Part shown: in pieces, positions 16,533 through 25,064 of the stretch
Layout of the letters: the number at the start of each line of letters is the position of its first letter
Numbering within the stretch: the first letter of the stretch is position 1
Source: Butyrivibrio sp.
GTDB lineage: Bacteria > Bacillota > Clostridia > Lachnospirales > Lachnospiraceae
Direction of reading: 5' to 3'
Length of the DNA stretch: 35,384 nt
NCBI GenBank assembly: GCA_045641925.1
Contig: JAZUHV010000177.1
Location: forward strand, 1-35,384
The notes under the pieces: model-generated
Told to the model about the DNA's origin: nothing
The model's database searches: none
The model's input: the letters and a program-made list of their open reading frames with translations, nothing else
Position numbers and translations under genes: made by a program

Positions 16533-17455
16533 TGGCTGAAGCTAAAAAGAAAAAGAAGTTATCCCTCCGTGCTAAGAGAGCTATTTCAGGATATTTATTT
16601 ATCCTGCCATGGTTTGCCGGATTCTGTTTATTCTATATTCGTTGCTTGTTTATGACCATTCAGTTTTCGTTGAATAATCTGACGGTCGTACCTGGTGGCG
16701 GATACTCCTTGGACTTTGTTGGATTTGATAACTATTTGTATGCATTCCGTGTACATGCATCCTACAAACAGGTTTTGGTTCAGTCCTTGGGTGACATGGT
16801 AATTGACGTTCCGCTTATTATTTTCTTCGCCCTGTTCATGGCAATTATGTTGAACCGTAAGTTCAAGGGAAGAAGCGTGGTTCGTGCAATTTTCTTCCTG
16901 CCGGTTATTTTTGCATCCGGTGCGATTCGCGATACCATGGAAATGATCAATAACATGATGGCCGGTGGTATGGGCTCTGCATCTGCAGAAATTGCAGCGG
17001 GAACGTCCAGCGGTATGGATCTGCAGTATTACATCCAGATGTTTGCTGCACTTGGTCTTCCGGAACAGTTGATAGAATATGTATCCGGAGCAGTCGGGCG
17101 TATCAGTGATATTATTAATAAGTCCGGCGTACAGATTGTCCTATTTATAGCCGCTTTGCAGTCCATTCCAAGTTCTCTTTATGAAGTTGCGAAGATTGAG
17201 GGTGCGACCGGTTATGAAACCTTCTGGAAGGTTACCTTCCCAATGGTTATGCCACATATTATTACCAATATCGTCTACACCGTAGTCGACAGCTTTGCAG
17301 ATTCTAAGGTAGTAGATTTGGCATATGAGACAGCGTTTAAGAATTACAACTACGGACTCAGTTCAGTAATGAGTATCTGCTCAACAGTTGTTACTTGTTT
17401 GATTCTGTTCATCGTTGTAAAATTAATTTCTAGACGAACGTTCTACTATAACTAA
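16532..17455 (+). CDS. Carbohydrate ABC transporter permease (MalF/UgpA-like), pair 2
   Basis: GYLFILPW, FVGFDNY, RAIFFLPVI; variant EAA loop LYEVAKIEGATGYETFWKVTFP; TAATG overlap. Confidence 0.92.
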   Translation: MAEAKKKKKLSLRAKRAISGYLFILPWFAGFCLFYIRCLFMTIQFSLNNLTVVPGGGYSLDFVGFDNYLYAFRVHASYKQVLVQSLGDMVIDVPLIIFFALFMAIMLNRKFKGRSVVRAIFFLPVIFASGAIRDTMEMINNMMAGGMGSASAEIAAGTSSGMDLQYYIQMFAALGLPEQLIEYVSGAVGRISDIINKSGVQIVLFIAALQSIPSSLYEVAKIEGATGYETFWKVTFPMVMPHIITNIVYTVVDSFADSKVVDLAYETAFKNYNYGLSSVMSICSTVVTCLILFIVVKLISRRTFYYN

Positions 17456-17470
17456 GAGAGGAGAGGAAAC

Positions 17471-18484
17471 ATGGATAATAATTCATCTGTTAAAAAAGAA
17501 AAAATTTCTTTGAAGCAGAAAATTGATAACATTAAGAACAACCGTCAGTTCGCAAATGACCGCAGACGTTGGATCACCAATGGCAAGAATTTGTTAATCA
17601 GTTTGTTCTGTTTAGTCATTATTATCGGTGTAAGCTACGTGATCTTAGGACCGGTTCTCGGTATCTTAAGCCGTTCCTTCTTCTCTGATAGTGATAATTA
17701 CAACTCAATGGTTTATTTGATTCCGCAGGCGCCAACAATTGAGCGTTACAAGCTGGCAATCACCTACTTAAACTATTGGGCAACAATGGGCAAGTCCCTT
17801 CTGTATGCGTTGTCTTTGACTGCAATTCAGATTTTGATTTGTTCCATGGTTGGTTACGGATTCGCAAGATACGAATTCCCTGGAAAGAGCATCTTATTTG
17901 GTTGTGTAGTTGTTATGATCGTACTTCCTACCCATACAATTATGCTTCCATTGTATATGACCTTTTCACAGTTCGATATCTTTGGAATTATAAAAGCAAT
18001 AAGCGGTTCACCTGTCAACCTCTTATCCAGCCCAGTCCCAATGTATATTCTTACATTGTTTGGCTGTGGTTTACGTTCCGGCTTTTACATTTACATCTTC
18101 AACCAGTTCTTCAGAGGCCTTCCAAAGGAAATCGAGGAAGCAGCCTATGTGGATGGAGCGAGTACGTTCTATACGTATTTCCGCATTATGTTGATCAATG
18201 CAATGCCGTCCGTAATTACCGTAGCAGTATTCTCTATGGTATGGCAGTTTAATGACACTTTCTATTCGAACTTATTCTTGATTAGTCCGGATATTATCAT
18301 TGCAAAGAAGATTTCTACTTTGGAGGCTACGATTTCCAATGTAGAAAGCATCATGGACACCAACATCCTCGAGCTTTACGTTGATGCAGGTATCATTCTC
18401 ATGATCATTCCAATTGTAGCGATTTATTTGGCTCTTCAGAAGAGATTCGTAGAAGGTGTAGAACGAAGTGGTATCGTAGGTTAA
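17471..18484 (+). CDS. Carbohydrate ABC transporter permease (MalG/UgpE-like), pair 2
   Basis: GYGFARYEFPGK; EAA loop LPKEIEEAAYVDGA; C-terminal QKRFVEGVERSGIVG. Confidence 0.93.
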   Translation: MDNNSSVKKEKISLKQKIDNIKNNRQFANDRRRWITNGKNLLISLFCLVIIIGVSYVILGPVLGILSRSFFSDSDNYNSMVYLIPQAPTIERYKLAITYLNYWATMGKSLLYALSLTAIQILICSMVGYGFARYEFPGKSILFGCVVVMIVLPTHTIMLPLYMTFSQFDIFGIIKAISGSPVNLLSSPVPMYILTLFGCGLRSGFYIYIFNQFFRGLPKEIEEAAYVDGASTFYTYFRIMLINAMPSVITVAVFSMVWQFNDTFYSNLFLISPDIIIAKKISTLEATISNVESIMDTNILELYVDAGIILMIIPIVAIYLALQKRFVEGVERSGIVG

Positions 18485-18530
18485 CGAACCGCTTAACAAG
18501 ATTTCAACAACTAAAAAGGAGGAAGAGAAG

Positions 18531-20393
18531 TTGAAACTTAAGAAATTTTTATCAATTGCTTGTGCTTCTGTAATGGTTTTATCCCTTGCAGCATGTGCTG
18601 GCAAAGGCGGTTCTAAGACCGCTGCAAGCGTTGACTTTGAAGATGGCAAGTTCGGTTTCGTATTAATGAATACCGATGTCAAGACAGCCGACGCATCTGT
18701 ATTGTCCGTTAAGGACGTAAACGGCTCCAAGGTTCTTTTCGCTGAGAACCAGGGTAACGCCGTAACTAAGATCGGTGTTGATCTTACTGCATTGCTTGGC
18801 GATGATGTTGCTAAGCTTGCAACTATCGATTTCCAGTTAGGTACCAGCGCAGACAAGTTTGCTGCATGTTCTGGTAAGGTTTTCGGTAACTTCGGTGAGA
18901 AGACCAATGTTGATTTAGGTAACTTCTCTGTTTACATGGCAGACAAGAACCCTATTGATGTTTCTTTAAAGGTTAGCGACTTAAAGGCTGGCGAAAAGAA
19001 CTACATCGTAATCAGCAGATCTGAAGATTTGGGTGCAACTCCATCCAGCATGTTCATCGATAACATCGTATTGAAGGATGCTGATGGTAAGGTATTAAAG
19101 GCTAATACCGATGGTAAGTTTGATGCTCCTGAAGGATACGCAGTTGACTGGTCTCAGGTAACTGGCGATTCTGTAGCATTCTCTGATGGTCTTCCAGATG
19201 GTTCTTGGCCATTAATGACCACCATCATCGAGCCAAGCCTCTTAGAAGCTTACACCGAGAAGGGTGCAAAGATTACCTACACTATGATGTTTGATGCTTC
19301 TTGCGATAACATCTGCTTCAAGCCTGCAACTCCTGATTGGGTAGCTGTTAATGACATTGCTGATGCTGATGGTAACCCAGCTGGTGGCTTCGGTAACTTC
19401 ACCGGAGAGGATTGCCCAGAGGATGTACATGGCTGGCACTTAAAGCTGGATGGTGTATTCCATACCTCTGATAATACCAAGACTGAATTAGTAATTACCT
19501 TTGCTCCAGAGACCATTAAGGCTATCATCGAGCACGGTGGATTAACTGCTCAGATCAATGGTTGTGTAGCTACTTCTGCATTAATCGAGCAGCCTGCTGA
19601 AACTGTTACCGTAGATCGTTCTAACGTTGTTGAGATGCCAGCTTGCTATCCAGGCGACTGGGGTGGAGTTAATAGCGGTTTAGTAGTACCTTTCGAAAAC
19701 TTAGCTGTTGGTGCTGAAATCGTTGTTGATATTTTACCTATTGATGCCGCTAAGTTCGCTGACGCTTGGAAGATTTGTCCTTTCAATGCTGACGGATGGA
19801 CTAAGTTAACTAAGTTTGTTACCGATGCTTCTGTAGCTGTTACCGAAGGTGGCGGAGATGAAAGCTTCTTCGAACCTACATTAGATGATACTCAGATTAA
19901 GTTTACTGTATCTCAGGATTTGTATGACGCTATTAAGGCTTCTGTTGATGCAAATGCTGATGGATGGGGCGGTCTTGGTTTCCAGGTATTCGGTGTTGGT
20001 GTAACCAAGGTTACTGTTAATGGCGAAGCTGTATTCGAATTTGTTGCTTCAGAAGGTGGCGAAGAAGCTGAAGTTCCAGAAGGCTACCCAGGAGACTGGT
20101 CTGCTTACGAATTCACTGAAACTGTTGCAGCTGGTAATAAGGTTACCTTAGATGTAACTATTATGAATGATGCAGCTCATGAGTACTGGTTAATCACTCC
20201 AATCGATGTTTCTTGGGCAAAGATTCCTGATCAGGCAGGCGACTTAAGCGTTGGCTTAAATGATGCTGGTGATTTCTTCCAGTGTGATGCTGAGACTACT
20301 CAGATTACCTTCACTGTAACTGAGGATCTTGCAGCTAATATTTGGGGCTTCCAGACCTTTGGTGTAGCTGTTACCAATGTTACTGTTGAGTAA
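18531..20393 (+). CDS. Multi-domain surface lipoprotein with repeated beta-sandwich-like modules, putative glycan-binding protein
   Basis: TTG start after AGGAGG; lipobox LAAC; acidic, beta-strand-rich, Trp-containing; internal repeats (YPGDW...TQIxFTV...GFQxFGVxVTxVTV). Function inferred from context. Confidence 0.7.
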   Translation: MKLKKFLSIACASVMVLSLAACAGKGGSKTAASVDFEDGKFGFVLMNTDVKTADASVLSVKDVNGSKVLFAENQGNAVTKIGVDLTALLGDDVAKLATIDFQLGTSADKFAACSGKVFGNFGEKTNVDLGNFSVYMADKNPIDVSLKVSDLKAGEKNYIVISRSEDLGATPSSMFIDNIVLKDADGKVLKANTDGKFDAPEGYAVDWSQVTGDSVAFSDGLPDGSWPLMTTIIEPSLLEAYTEKGAKITYTMMFDASCDNICFKPATPDWVAVNDIADADGNPAGGFGNFTGEDCPEDVHGWHLKLDGVFHTSDNTKTELVITFAPETIKAIIEHGGLTAQINGCVATSALIEQPAETVTVDRSNVVEMPACYPGDWGGVNSGLVVPFENLAVGAEIVVDILPIDAAKFADAWKICPFNADGWTKLTKFVTDASVAVTEGGGDESFFEPTLDDTQIKFTVSQDLYDAIKASVDANADGWGGLGFQVFGVGVTKVTVNGEAVFEFVASEGGEEAEVPEGYPGDWSAYEFTETVAAGNKVTLDVTIMNDAAHEYWLITPIDVSWAKIPDQAGDLSVGLNDAGDFFQCDAETTQITFTVTEDLAANIWGFQTFGVAVTNVTVE

Positions 20394-20418
20394 TTCGTAT
20401 TGATTTAAATTTTATGAT

Positions 20419-20455
20419 TTCGCTATCCGGTGGTCACTCGACCATCGGAAGCGAA
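20419..20455 (+). terminator. Intergenic stem-loop (mRNA-stabilising hairpin or partial terminator)
   Basis: TTCGCT-a-TCCGGTGGTC, ACTC loop, GACCATCGGA-AGCGAA (one G-U, one bulge), followed by TATTTTT and the next RBS. Confidence 0.65.
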
Positions 20456-20475
20456 TATTTTTGGAGGAACAAAAC

Positions 20476-21909
20476 ATGAAATTCAAAAGAGTTTTAGCTC
20501 TTGGCTTAGTTGCTTCCATGGCTGTTGGTATGTTAGCTGTTACCGGTTGTAACGGCGCTAAGAAGGGTAATGCTTCTTACGACAGTGACGGAAAGCGTGT
20601 AATTAAGATCGGTACCTGGTGGGAGCATTACTACACCAGTGACCATACTTCTATCTTTGATGACCCATCCTTGACTCTTGAGAGCTCAGGTGGAGATGAA
20701 GAAGACTTTGCTGAAGCACAGGAATATGCTCAGAAGAGACTTGACAATACCCGTAAGGTAGAAGAGAAGTACAACTGTAAGATTCAGTTCGTTAACCTTA
20801 CTTTCCAGGGTAACATTGATTCTTTGAACAACTCTATTTTAGCTGGTAAGAATGACTGTGATATCTATCATGTACAGATGGACTTCGGTGTTCCTGCAGT
20901 TGCAGCTGGTTATGCAGCAAACTTAAAGGATTACCTCCCAGAAGATCATGACTTATTCACCAACCAGACCGTATTCACCTACATTGACCTTTCTCAGGTT
21001 AAGGAAGGTGTTTACCTCTTCAAGCCAAACGATGCAGAAGCTGCACTTGGCGGAACCTATATGCTTGCTTACAATCAGGATATGATCAACGCTGCAGGTG
21101 TTGAAGATCCTTACACCATTTGGAAGAACAATCCAGCTGACTGGACTTGGGACAAGTGGATGTCTATCATGAAGCAGCTCGTTAAGGATACCGATGGTGA
21201 TGGTGTTACCGATCAGTACGGTTTCGATACCCATATGGGATGGGGCTTCCCACAGTTATTGATGTCTAACAATGCTACTATCGCTGCAGGCGCTACCCAG
21301 ACCTTAGATGATCCTAAGACCTTGGAAGTTGCTAACTTCATCAATGATTTGTATCAGGAAGGTGTTGCTCACCCATACGTTGCATACGTTGAAGAAGGCG
21401 AAGATTACGCTACTCAGGCATACAGATACATGAATGGTAAGATTGCATTCTGGTTGGATGCAGCTTGGATTTCTGATCAGAATAAGGACGTTGAGCTTCC
21501 ATTCGAGATTACTTGGGTGCCATGGCCTGTAGGACCATCCGGTGATGCAAAGACCAGCCCTCGTAAGACCGTTGGTGGTGGTTACGATGCTTACATGATC
21601 GCATCTTGCGCTGAAGATCCAAAGTTCATCTTCGATGTATTCTATGATTGGACCAACTGGTACGATTTCGATACCGAATATCGTGATGCAAGATTGACCT
21701 GGTGGCATAATTCTGCATTATCTGAGCAGAACTACGATGTAATGCTCTGGTGTTCAAATCCATGTGGTTTCGATATGTTCCCATCTGTTCCTACTTTCAA
21801 GGATGAGACTGCTTGTCCAATCGCTAGAGGCGAACAGACTCCTGCAGAGTGGGCTGAGACCTACAAGAACATGGTTCAGGATTACTTGGATTCTGTATTA
21901 AAGAAATAA
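20476..21909 (+). CDS. Carbohydrate ABC transporter solute-binding lipoprotein (family 1)
   Basis: ATG 20476 after GGAGG; lipobox VTGC; VEEKYNCKIQFV, YNQDMI, WTWD, DTDGDGVTDQYG and VPWPVGP motifs. Confidence 0.88.
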   Translation: MKFKRVLALGLVASMAVGMLAVTGCNGAKKGNASYDSDGKRVIKIGTWWEHYYTSDHTSIFDDPSLTLESSGGDEEDFAEAQEYAQKRLDNTRKVEEKYNCKIQFVNLTFQGNIDSLNNSILAGKNDCDIYHVQMDFGVPAVAAGYAANLKDYLPEDHDLFTNQTVFTYIDLSQVKEGVYLFKPNDAEAALGGTYMLAYNQDMINAAGVEDPYTIWKNNPADWTWDKWMSIMKQLVKDTDGDGVTDQYGFDTHMGWGFPQLLMSNNATIAAGATQTLDDPKTLEVANFINDLYQEGVAHPYVAYVEEGEDYATQAYRYMNGKIAFWLDAAWISDQNKDVELPFEITWVPWPVGPSGDAKTSPRKTVGGGYDAYMIASCAEDPKFIFDVFYDWTNWYDFDTEYRDARLTWWHNSALSEQNYDVMLWCSNPCGFDMFPSVPTFKDETACPIARGEQTPAEWAETYKNMVQDYLDSVLKK

Positions 21910-21938
21910 TTAATTATAACTCATAACGAGGAATAAGA

Positions 21939-22604
21939 ATGTTTAAGGGCACAAGCGGTTTTAGTCGATTCATGAATATGTTAGCAGATATCCTTCTGTG
22001 TGGTATTTTGTGGGTGGTATGCTCACTGCCACTATTAACATGTGGAACGGCTACGACCGCTGCCTATTATGCAATGGCTAAATCCGTTAGACACAAGGAA
22101 GGCTATGTGGCGAAGGAATTCTTTCGCTCCTTTAAGGCCAATATAAAGCAGATGCTTTTAATGACTGTGTTTTTCTGGGTGATTACGATTGTATTGGCAG
22201 CTGAAATCGTTATGTGTTGGATGAATGAGGGCCCATTAACCAATGCATTTTTTGTGATCGAAATTGGTTTGGCCCTTCTTTTATTTGGACATGCTGTGTG
22301 GGTATGCCCATTGGTTTCCAGATTCAATAAAAAGAACTGGGAACTGATTAAAATGGCAGCTATAGTGATGTTTAAATATTTATATATCACCATTGCTGTT
22401 CTTGTTCTGTTTGCGGCTTCTGTAGTTGGAATCATTATGACTAGAGGCTTTGGAATATGGTTTATTCCGGGCATCTGTATGTTTGTTTCGTCTTTACCGA
22501 TTGAATGGGCACTCCGTAAGATGATGCCTCCGGTAGACCCGGACTCAGAAGAAGGACAGAAGTGGTATTATCAAGATTTTAAGAGGAAAAAAGATAATGT
22601 CTGA
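21939..22604 (+). CDS. DUF624/YesL family membrane protein
   Basis: LWVVCSLPLLTCGTATTAAYY, FFRSFKANIKQ; multiple TM segments; paralogue of 6128-6931. Confidence 0.82.
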   Translation: MFKGTSGFSRFMNMLADILLCGILWVVCSLPLLTCGTATTAAYYAMAKSVRHKEGYVAKEFFRSFKANIKQMLLMTVFFWVITIVLAAEIVMCWMNEGPLTNAFFVIEIGLALLLFGHAVWVCPLVSRFNKKNWELIKMAAIVMFKYLYITIAVLVLFAASVVGIIMTRGFGIWFIPGICMFVSSLPIEWALRKMMPPVDPDSEEGQKWYYQDFKRKKDNV

Positions 22605-23622
22605 TATTAAAATGATAGCGCCTAAGGTTGATAACGTTCCTTGGCAGGAAAAACCGGAAGGCATTGTAGGTGCTCCAATTTGGAGATATTCTGAGAACCC
22701 AATCATTGATCGTAATCCGGTTGAGGGCGTTGCAAGAATCTTTAATAGCGCAGTAGTACCTTATGAAGGCGCATTTATCGGTGTGTTCCGTGGCGAGCAG
22801 ACCAATGGTGTTCCATTTATTTATTTGGGAAGAAGTGAGGATGGTATTCACTGGAATTTCAATCCTAAGCCAATTCCTTTTAAGGATGAAGACGGAAATG
22901 ACTTTATGCCACAGTACGCCTATGATCCAAGACTTGTAAAGGTTGAGGACACCTATTATATCATCTGGTGTCAGGATTTCTTTGGTGCAGCCATTGGTAT
23001 GGCAAAGACCACTGATTTTAAGACATTTACCAGAATTGAAAATCCATTCTTACCATTCAATCGTAACGCGGTTTTATTCCCACGTAAGATTAATGATAAG
23101 TTTATGTTATTGTCCCGTCCATCTGATTCCGGACATACTCCGTTTGGTGACATTTTCATCTCTGAGAGTCCGGACCTGGTATACTGGGGTAAGCACAGAC
23201 ATGTGATGAGCCGCAGTTATTCCAACTGGTGGGAAGGCTTAAAGATTGGTGGCGGTGCTGCTCCAATTGAAACCTCCGAGGGATGGTTATTGTTCTACCA
23301 TGGTGTATCCGGAACCTGCAATGGTTATGTTTATTCTATTGGTGGTGCGATTTTGGATTTGGAGAATCCTTCCAAGGTTCTCTATCGTTGTGAAACTTTC
23401 TTACTGACTCCGCAGGAGTGGTACGAGGAGAGAGGTTTCGTTCCTAATGTAACCTTCCCATGCGCTACCATTCACGATCCGGAATCTGGAAAGATTGCAA
23501 TTTACTATGGCTGTGCTGACAGCTATGTAGGCTTGGCCTTCTGTAATTTCGAAGAAATCGTTGATTACATTAAGAGCCATAGCAAGGTAAATGATACCGA
23601 TACAGAACTTGGTATTCGTTAA
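22597..23622 (+). CDS. GH130 beta-1,4-mannooligosaccharide phosphorylase (GH130_2 type)
   Basis: 341 aa with WRYSENPII, IFNSAVVP, YAYDPR, PFNRNAVLFPRKI, SRPSDSGHTPFGDIF, KIGGGAAPI and GFVPNVTFP. Confidence 0.92.
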   Translation: MSDIKMIAPKVDNVPWQEKPEGIVGAPIWRYSENPIIDRNPVEGVARIFNSAVVPYEGAFIGVFRGEQTNGVPFIYLGRSEDGIHWNFNPKPIPFKDEDGNDFMPQYAYDPRLVKVEDTYYIIWCQDFFGAAIGMAKTTDFKTFTRIENPFLPFNRNAVLFPRKINDKFMLLSRPSDSGHTPFGDIFISESPDLVYWGKHRHVMSRSYSNWWEGLKIGGGAAPIETSEGWLLFYHGVSGTCNGYVYSIGGAILDLENPSKVLYRCETFLLTPQEWYEERGFVPNVTFPCATIHDPESGKIAIYYGCADSYVGLAFCNFEEIVDYIKSHSKVNDTDTELGIR

Positions 23623-23646
23623 TCTTAGATTATCATGAAACTTGCA

Positions 23647-23680
23647 CAGGGCCGTCACAGAAGAACCTGTGATGGCCCTG
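23647..23680 (+). terminator. Strong hairpin after the GH130_2 gene (terminator or stabiliser)
   Basis: CAGGGCCGTCACAG, AAGAAC loop, CTGTGATGGCCCTG (14 bp, one G-U), followed by an interrupted T-tract ATTTCGTGTTT. Confidence 0.7.
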
Positions 23681-23681
23681 A

Positions 23682-23777
23682 TTTCGTGTTTGGTCGACAT
23701 CGATGAAGGGTTTCGCAAGAACGCAAAAAGGCGTATGTTGAGCTGTTATGGTTCACCGCTGTCGACTGAACATGAGG
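23682..23777 (+). ncRNA. Putative structured cis-RNA element upstream of the epimerase
   Basis: TTTCGTGTTTGGTCGACA (23682-23699) pairs with TGTCGACTGAACATGAGG (23760-23777) using only Watson-Crick and G-U pairs; the stem extends inward imperfectly and encloses TTC-GCAA-GAA. Confidence 0.4.
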
Positions 23778-23806
23778 GATAACATTTCAAAAAAGGAGAA
23801 TTGTAA

Positions 23807-25054
23807 ATGACAAAAGAACTGATGGCACAAGAAGTTAAAACACATCTTCTGCGTGATATTATCCCTTTTTGGAGAGGGCTTCGCGATGATGAAAATGGTG
23901 GGTATTATGGCTGGATGGACTATGATTTGCTTGTAAATCTGGAAGCTATGAAGGGCTGTATTTTAAATAGCCGTATCACCTGGTTTTTCTCAAATGTGTA
24001 TTTAGCCTATAAGGCAGGGAAGATTACAGATGCGGATTTTGCAGCAGTGGGATATAGCGCATCAGATATTGAAAGCGAAGCCAAGCATGGCTATGCATTT
24101 ATGACGGAGCATTGTATTGACCGTGTAAATGGCGGAATTTACTGGAGTATGACCTATGATGGTAAGCCTGATGATACCATCAAGCATACCTACAATCAGG
24201 CATTCTGCATTTACGCTTTGTCCTCCTATTATGCTGCGTTCGGTGATGAAAATGCACTTCGTCTGGCAGTGGATTTGTATCATTTGATTGAAGAAAAATG
24301 TACCGATGAAATCGGTTACTTAGAGGCATTCACGGTGGATTTTAAGCCTGAGAGCAACGAAAAACTCTCGGAGAACGGTGTTATGGCAGAAAAGACCATG
24401 AATACCCTATTGCATGTGTTTGAGGCTTATACGGAGTTTGTGCGCGTTACAGAGGGCGTTGAAGTCTTTGCGGCAGAACATGAGATGGTACGTAATCGCT
24501 TAATGTGGATTATGGATACGTTTGCTGAGAAGATTTATAATCCAGCATTGCATCGCCAGGAAGTGTTCTTCGATAAAAATTACAATACGATCATTGATTT
24601 GTATTCCTATGGCCATGATATTGAAACCGCCTGGCTGATGGACCGTGGCTGTGAAGTATTAGCAGATGCAGCTTATACCGAAAAGATGGGCGCAATCACC
24701 AGAGATTTGACAGCAAATGTTTATAAGGTGGCCTTTAATGGAACCTCTCTTGCAAATGAGTGCGAAAAGGGTGTAGTAAATGAACATCGTATCTGGTGGG
24801 TTCAGGCAGAGTCTGTTTTAGGTTTCTTTAATGGCTATGAAAAGACTCCTGAGCATACTGAATATCTGGATGCAGCGATGAACCAGTGGGAATTCATTCG
24901 TGATAAGGTATTTGACCACCGTGTAGGATCGGAGTGGTATTGGGAAGTGGATCAGGATGGGAATCCATATCCGGACAGACCAATCGTAGAGCAGTGGAAA
25001 TGCCCATACCACAACGGAAGAATGTGCTTGGAACTGATTAAGAGAGTATTATAG
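23807..25054 (+). CDS. AGE-family epimerase: cellobiose/mannobiose 2-epimerase
   Basis: [54 protein letters not shown] and WKCPYHNGR (catalytic His motifs); lies between two GH130 genes. Confidence 0.92.
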   Translation: MTKELMAQEVKTHLLRDIIPFWRGLRDDENGGYYGWMDYDLLVNLEAMKGCILNSRITWFFSNVYLAYKAGKITDADFAAVGYSASDIESEAKHGYAFMTEHCIDRVNGGIYWSMTYDGKPDDTIKHTYNQAFCIYALSSYYAAFGDENALRLAVDLYHLIEEKCTDEIGYLEAFTVDFKPESNEKLSENGVMAEKTMNTLLHVFEAYTEFVRVTEGVEVFAAEHEMVRNRLMWIMDTFAEKIYNPALHRQEVFFDKNYNTIIDLYSYGHDIETAWLMDRGCEVLADAAYTEKMGAITRDLTANVYKVAFNGTSLANECEKGVVNEHRIWWVQAESVLGFFNGYEKTPEHTEYLDAAMNQWEFIRDKVFDHRVGSEWYWEVDQDGNPYPDRPIVEQWKCPYHNGRMCLELIKRVL

Positions 25055-25064
25055 GAGAGCTGAT

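Noticed and set aside
18272-18907. 211-aa antisense ORF
   Set aside because: It overlaps two well-supported + strand genes and has no motif; likely a shadow of biased codon usage.
20461-20475. TTG start for the second SBP
   Set aside because: This stretch is the GGAGG RBS itself; ATG 20476 yields a standard lipoprotein signal.
21187-21213. DTDGDGVTD read as a dockerin/cellulosome motif
   Set aside because: It is a single DxDxDG loop, common in Firmicute sugar SBPs; there is no duplicated dockerin repeat.
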